In this document: piece by piece, positions 59,726 through 64,000 of the stretch | Numbering within the stretch: the first letter of the stretch is position 1 | How the letters are laid out: each line of letters begins with the position of its first letter | From: Candidatus Obscuribacteraceae bacterium | GTDB lineage: Bacteria > Cyanobacteriota > Vampirovibrionia > Obscuribacterales > Obscuribacteraceae | NCBI GenBank assembly: GCA_044229845.1 | Contig: JBGASG010000002.1 | Coordinates: 160,001 to 224,000 of the forward strand | Length of the DNA stretch: 64,000 nucleotides | Reading direction: 5' to 3' | Notes under the pieces: generated by a model | Told to the model about the DNA's origin: nothing | What the model saw: the letters and a program-made list of their open reading frames with translations, nothing else | Database searches by the model: none | Position numbers and translations under genes: made by a program

Positions 59726-60319
59726 ATGAAAAAGGCTGATAATTCCCATACCCCTTCGTTGATCTCCACGGCGTTTTCGCTGCTTCGCAAGTCCGGTCTG
59801 AAGAACGGACTGAAGGTCGCCGGCGGCAGCGTCGGAATCATTGCCGTTTCCGCTGCGGCGCTTCCGGTCTTCGGTGCAATGATGATCATTGGACTGGGCA
59901 TTGGTTGCGTGGTCGTCATCGGTTCTGCCATTCATGCTTACACTTTGCTGCGCAAGCACGGCGTCGTGCAACCAGTCGAAGTGATCATCGAGAAGGGCGC
60001 AAAATCCGCTGCGCAGGAGAGCGCGCCGGGCAATGCGAAAGAGAGCGCACACGCCGACTATGTGCTCTGGGACTGCAGAGGACTGGTGCCGGTTTTCGTC
60101 AAAGAACCGACATCGGAGCAAGTGGTCTCGTTCGATGCATCCGGTGCATCCGGCGGCAACGACATCTTCAGTGTCGTCAACAACACCCGCGCCACAGTCG
60201 AAGCAGACGTGAGCGATATGTTGGCGGTCCGCATCAGAATTCTTTCCGGCGACGCACAAGGTCGCACCGGCTGGGTGAGCCGCGGCTCGTTGTTGCCTGC
60301 TGCGAAAGCCGCCGCTTGA
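59726..60319 (+). CDS. hypothetical membrane protein
   Basis: Hydrophobic N-terminal segments; C-terminal SH3-like motif GRTGWV. Confidence 0.6.
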   Translation: MKKADNSHTPSLISTAFSLLRKSGLKNGLKVAGGSVGIIAVSAAALPVFGAMMIIGLGIGCVVVIGSAIHAYTLLRKHGVVQPVEVIIEKGAKSAAQESAPGNAKESAHADYVLWDCRGLVPVFVKEPTSEQVVSFDASGASGGNDIFSVVNNTRATVEADVSDMLAVRIRILSGDAQGRTGWVSRGSLLPAAKAAA

Positions 60320-60337
60320 GCGCGTTTCTAATCGAAC

Positions 60338-61582
60338 ATGCTGTCCATTCCTGTCCCGCCCGCGCTAAAATGTCGATTCTCGTCGATAAGGATGCAAAGT
60401 ATGACCAAGCACTCGTTGCCCATCGTTACGCTACGGGATGTTGTCTCATTGCCAGGCTCGGTATTACCGTTATTTATTTCCAGAGCGCGTTCCCTAGCCG
60501 CCCTCGATGCGGCACTGGACACCGACGATCGCACGATCATTCTCTGCACTCAAAAAGATCCCGACATCGACGATCCTGTCTACACCGACATGTATGAAAC
60601 CGGCACTGTGGCTGAGATCTACCAGTTGCTCAAATTTCCGGACGGCTCCGGAAAAGTGCTTTTGGAGTCGCTGTATCGCATCCGCCTTGAGTCCATGGAA
60701 GCACAGGAATATCTCACCGGTGAGTACAGCCAATTGCAGGATGTGCAGTCGGAAAACACCGATGCCGGCTTCGCAAAACTGGTCGACGCCTATCAACGCT
60801 GGGCGCGCTTCGCCGAAACACCTCGCTACATATGGATACGCTTTCCGGCTGATTACGAGAACCGATCGCTGGCGACCGATCGCATGGCCGCGCACCTGCC
60901 CATGGCTGTCGAGGACAAAATTGCCTGCTTGAGCGAGACTTCGGTGGCGAAACGCATCGACGTGGTGCTCGGGTGGACAGAGCAACTGCACGCAGAGCAT
61001 AGCGATGAACTGGCGGAATTTGAAGAACTCTGGGAAGAAACGCCACGGTTGAGCGAGACTGAGCTCACTGAGCCCGAGAAGACACGCATAGAGAGTTTGG
61101 CTTCGCTGTTTCCGGAAGTGTCCGGCGGAGTCATCGCATACTCAGCTAAGCCCGAAAAAATGAAGTCTTTAGAGCCGCAGTTGACCTACCATCGCATCTC
61201 CAGCCAGGACGCATCTCTGTATTTAACGAGCGCATTGTCGGACAGTAGCGGTTGCGAGGTGGCGCTACTCACAAAGGGCGAGCCGCTCGATTGGCCCTTC
61301 ACGATCATGCACCAGTTGGTGCAGTCGATGGTGTTGAAGCGGTTCGACGTCCTGAAGTATTCTGCCGAAGATGGCTTTACGGTCGTATTCCTGGAATTGC
61401 CGGGAACGGGAGTTTATCACTTCCTGCTTGCGCAACTGTCGCACGGCGAGACTCCGGTTGTTCTGGCAATAGCGTTGCACGAAGACGAGGCCGATGCCGC
61501 AGATCCGGAAGAACTACTGAACATCATTAAGGAAGCACTGGGTGGACGCTTTAGCGCTCTCGATCGTCAGTATCTGGGTTAA
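60338..61582 (+). CDS. Lon protease N-terminal (substrate-binding) domain protein
   Basis: LPIVTLRDVVSLPGSVLPLFISRARSLAAL...GTVAEIYQLLKFPDG; no AAA+ or protease domain. Confidence 0.8.
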   Translation: MLSIPVPPALKCRFSSIRMQSMTKHSLPIVTLRDVVSLPGSVLPLFISRARSLAALDAALDTDDRTIILCTQKDPDIDDPVYTDMYETGTVAEIYQLLKFPDGSGKVLLESLYRIRLESMEAQEYLTGEYSQLQDVQSENTDAGFAKLVDAYQRWARFAETPRYIWIRFPADYENRSLATDRMAAHLPMAVEDKIACLSETSVAKRIDVVLGWTEQLHAEHSDELAEFEELWEETPRLSETELTEPEKTRIESLASLFPEVSGGVIAYSAKPEKMKSLEPQLTYHRISSQDASLYLTSALSDSSGCEVALLTKGEPLDWPFTIMHQLVQSMVLKRFDVLKYSAEDGFTVVFLELPGTGVYHFLLAQLSHGETPVVLAIALHEDEADAADPEELLNIIKEALGGRFSALDRQYLG

Positions 61583-61861
61583 TCAAGAACACCTGCGAGG
61601 TTCCATGTCCAAAGTTCGAGTGACCTGGATATAGTCGGGTGGATGAAGCGATTTTGTTAACGAGCACGTGGTGACCCCACCCGCTTTTCCGCGTGCTGAT
61701 TCGCAACTACCGGTTTTACCCAGGTAGGCTGCGGAACCTTGTGCTGTCGCATCACCGCAACGCCCTCCGGCAGAGGGCGAAACCCGCTATGGCTGTCTGG
61801 TTGAACCACGGCAGCCCTGCCCTCTGCCGGCCGGCGATTTCCTACGCTAAGGAGAATTACC

Positions 61862-63622
61862 ATGACGGAAGTAGCGACGGCTCCACCATCTCCTCTATCT
61901 AAAGAAACTGCACAAGCTCTGGTAGCGTTACAGCAGGAGTTGCACGGTCACAAGCAGCAAGACGATGATCGCAGCTACCTCGGCAAAGCGTTCGATTGGG
62001 TCTATCGATCGGACGAGAAGTCGTATTCCGAGATGGAACGACTGGCAAACAAAGTCGATGCCAGCCTGAAGAACAATGACTTCGCCGCCGTCGAAAAGAT
62101 GCGCGACGAGATACGACAAGCAGTCGAACACGATCAAAAAGTACTGGGCAGACAAAACGACATCGCGTACTTCGGTTCGACCGGTTTGAAAATCGGTGCC
62201 CTATTCCTCGGTGGACCACTGGGATGGGGAGCGACTGCCGGTCTCTATATGTTGGATGCGGCGCGTCCTAAAGATTCCTACGGCATGCAGGCAGTCGATG
62301 CGGGTCTGGGATTAGCCAAGGGTCTGGCATTCAAAGGCTTGATCGGCGCCACCATGACCAGCCAACTGGCGCTGCCGTTCAAGGCCGGCATCATGAGTTT
62401 TGGCGGTCGGGCGCTGGATACTGCCCTCACCAGCCAAAACTATTACGATGCAAAAAACCAACAGTACAGTCTCTGGACAGGAGTGAAAGCAACCGGCGCG
62501 GAACTTACAGACGTTCGCCATCTGGCGATCGATGCAGCCGTTATGGGCACCGCCTATGTCGGCAGTCTGGCACTCACCAAAGTATTATCGATGCCGTCAA
62601 TAGCCGCCAGCCCGTTCTATACCCGCGTAGGCAGCAGCGCCATATCTGGTATCTCCCGTGGTGCCATAACCGAAATGGCGGCTTATGAGGCAGCCGGCGT
62701 TCCATACAACTGGTCGCGCATTCTCCAGCGTTCGCTGTTGACCGGCACCGTGTATGGACTGGCAGCGGTTCCAGGCGCATTGCAAGCCGAAGCAGCGGCA
62801 GCCCGCGCGTCGCACGATGACTCTCATCAGGGCGACGGACATGACGGCAACCAGTTTCAGTATCGCGAGTACAGAAAGTTAGGCACCGTCAAAGCCGAAC
62901 AGCTTCAGAAGCCGGCTGATTGGACGACTGCAAAAGGTGATGCAATGCACGGCGACGCCGGCGACTGGAAAGTGACCGGACCAGACGGCAGCACATGGAC
63001 AGTTAAGCCGGACATCTTCGCGCAGACTTACTCAGAAGTTTCCGGTTCGCCAGGCGTCTTTGCCAAGACAGCCATTACACGCGCACTGCAGCTGACCGGT
63101 CCGACGACCATCAAAACTCTGGAAGGAACCGGCACCGGCGACGCCGGCGACTATCTGGTAGTGGGTCCGAAAGGCGAACAATACATCGTTACCCAAGCAA
63201 AATTCGAATCGATGTATCAGGCGACCGGCACCACCACTCCGATACCTGACATGCAATTGTGGCAGAAACAAGGACAGGTGCAAGCAGAGCAACTGCAGAC
63301 CGACCTGACGTGGAAGTCCTCCAACGGTGACACGCTGCATGGTGAAGCCGGCGACTGGAAGCTCACCAGCCCCACGCGCGTGTGGACGGTGAAGCCGGAA
63401 ATATTTGCCAAGACGTACACGGAAGTTGCTCCAGGTGTATTCGAAAAAACTCTGCCTGCAAAAGCCGCTCCCATTACTGGACCGATGACTGTGCAAACCC
63501 GCGAGGGTGTCAGCAGCGGTGTCGCCGGCGACTATCTGGTGATTGGTCCGGACAACGATCCTTATATTGTTCCGAAAGCCGAATTCGAAGGCATGTACCT
63601 TCCCTACAAATCCAAAAGCTGA
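61862..63622 (+). CDS. hypothetical protein with hydrophobic segments and four PGDYG-like repeats
   Basis: GDAGDWKV, GDAGDYLV, GEAGDWKL, GVAGDYLV, each followed by V(K/T/P)xxxFxxxY. Confidence 0.7.
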   Translation: MTEVATAPPSPLSKETAQALVALQQELHGHKQQDDDRSYLGKAFDWVYRSDEKSYSEMERLANKVDASLKNNDFAAVEKMRDEIRQAVEHDQKVLGRQNDIAYFGSTGLKIGALFLGGPLGWGATAGLYMLDAARPKDSYGMQAVDAGLGLAKGLAFKGLIGATMTSQLALPFKAGIMSFGGRALDTALTSQNYYDAKNQQYSLWTGVKATGAELTDVRHLAIDAAVMGTAYVGSLALTKVLSMPSIAASPFYTRVGSSAISGISRGAITEMAAYEAAGVPYNWSRILQRSLLTGTVYGLAAVPGALQAEAAAARASHDDSHQGDGHDGNQFQYREYRKLGTVKAEQLQKPADWTTAKGDAMHGDAGDWKVTGPDGSTWTVKPDIFAQTYSEVSGSPGVFAKTAITRALQLTGPTTIKTLEGTGTGDAGDYLVVGPKGEQYIVTQAKFESMYQATGTTTPIPDMQLWQKQGQVQAEQLQTDLTWKSSNGDTLHGEAGDWKLTSPTRVWTVKPEIFAKTYTEVAPGVFEKTLPAKAAPITGPMTVQTREGVSSGVAGDYLVIGPDNDPYIVPKAEFEGMYLPYKSKS

Positions 63623-64000
63623 CTAACGCGGTTTGAGGCGCCGCCACTCTGAATTTTTCTGTTTCTGAAACTTCTGCAAATCTTTGCGGGTGATACCGTT
63701 GATATCAACACCGAGTTCATCGTTGCTGGAAGCCTCAATCTCGAAGTAATGAAACAGCAGGTGGCGGATCAATGTCTGCCCCTGCGAATCGATATTCAAG
63801 TTGAACAGAGCTTGACGCAATTCGCGCTCGTGGATGAAACCGTCGCCGTCGGCGTCGAGCTGCTCGAAATGGCGTTCGGCAGCTGCCACCAGATTTTCGG
63901 GACCGAGAATATCATGGATGGTACTCTGCAACTCGCGCGCACGCCTCACCATGTCGGACAGGCGCGGCGAGTTCTGGACGGACGGATCCAATCCCACTTC
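63623..64000 (-). CDS. EF-hand protein, C-terminal part (runs off window)
   Basis: DADGDGFIHERE canonical EF-hand loop. Confidence 0.7.
   Translation of the reverse strand, partial: EVGLDPSVQNSPRLSDMVRRARELQSTIHDILGPENLVAAAERHFEQLDADGDGFIHERELRQALFNLNIDSQGQTLIRHLLFHYFEIEASSNDELGVDINGITRKDLQKFQKQKNSEWRRLKPR

Overview
Bacterial chromosomal window. The gene content (many Hanks-type Ser/Thr kinases, TPR proteins, caspase-like proteases, Kai proteins, no photosynthesis genes) suggests a non-photosynthetic cyanobacterial relative such as Vampirovibrionia/Obscuribacterales; this is inference only. It opens with housekeeping genes (asd, dapB, dut, M16 peptidase). The most unusual feature is a ~19 kb array (3858-22748) in which nine copies of a ~343-bp non-coding repeat alternate with seven intact receptor-like Ser/Thr kinase paralogs, one deleted kinase pseudogene and one exported TPR protein. 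On the minus strand each repeat appears to encode a ~210-nt structured RNA with its own -10 box, compensatory base changes, a conserved loop-loop pairing and an intrinsic terminator that overlaps or abuts the preceding gene's stop codon. I do not recognise its family. After a tRNA-Thr(CGT) comes an accessory region: kinase-pentapeptide protein, PDZ-TPR-TonB_C protein, ASCH protein, orphan DUF1778 antitoxin, and a response regulator-kaiB-kaiB-kaiA3-like-kaiC cluster bracketed by a duplicated gene remnant. The rest holds hydrolases, two TPR-caspase proteins, a PRTase-DprA (ShosTA-like) pair, a nitronate monooxygenase, an ArsR regulator with operator boxes and several hypotheticals. All calls are by eye; no database search was run.
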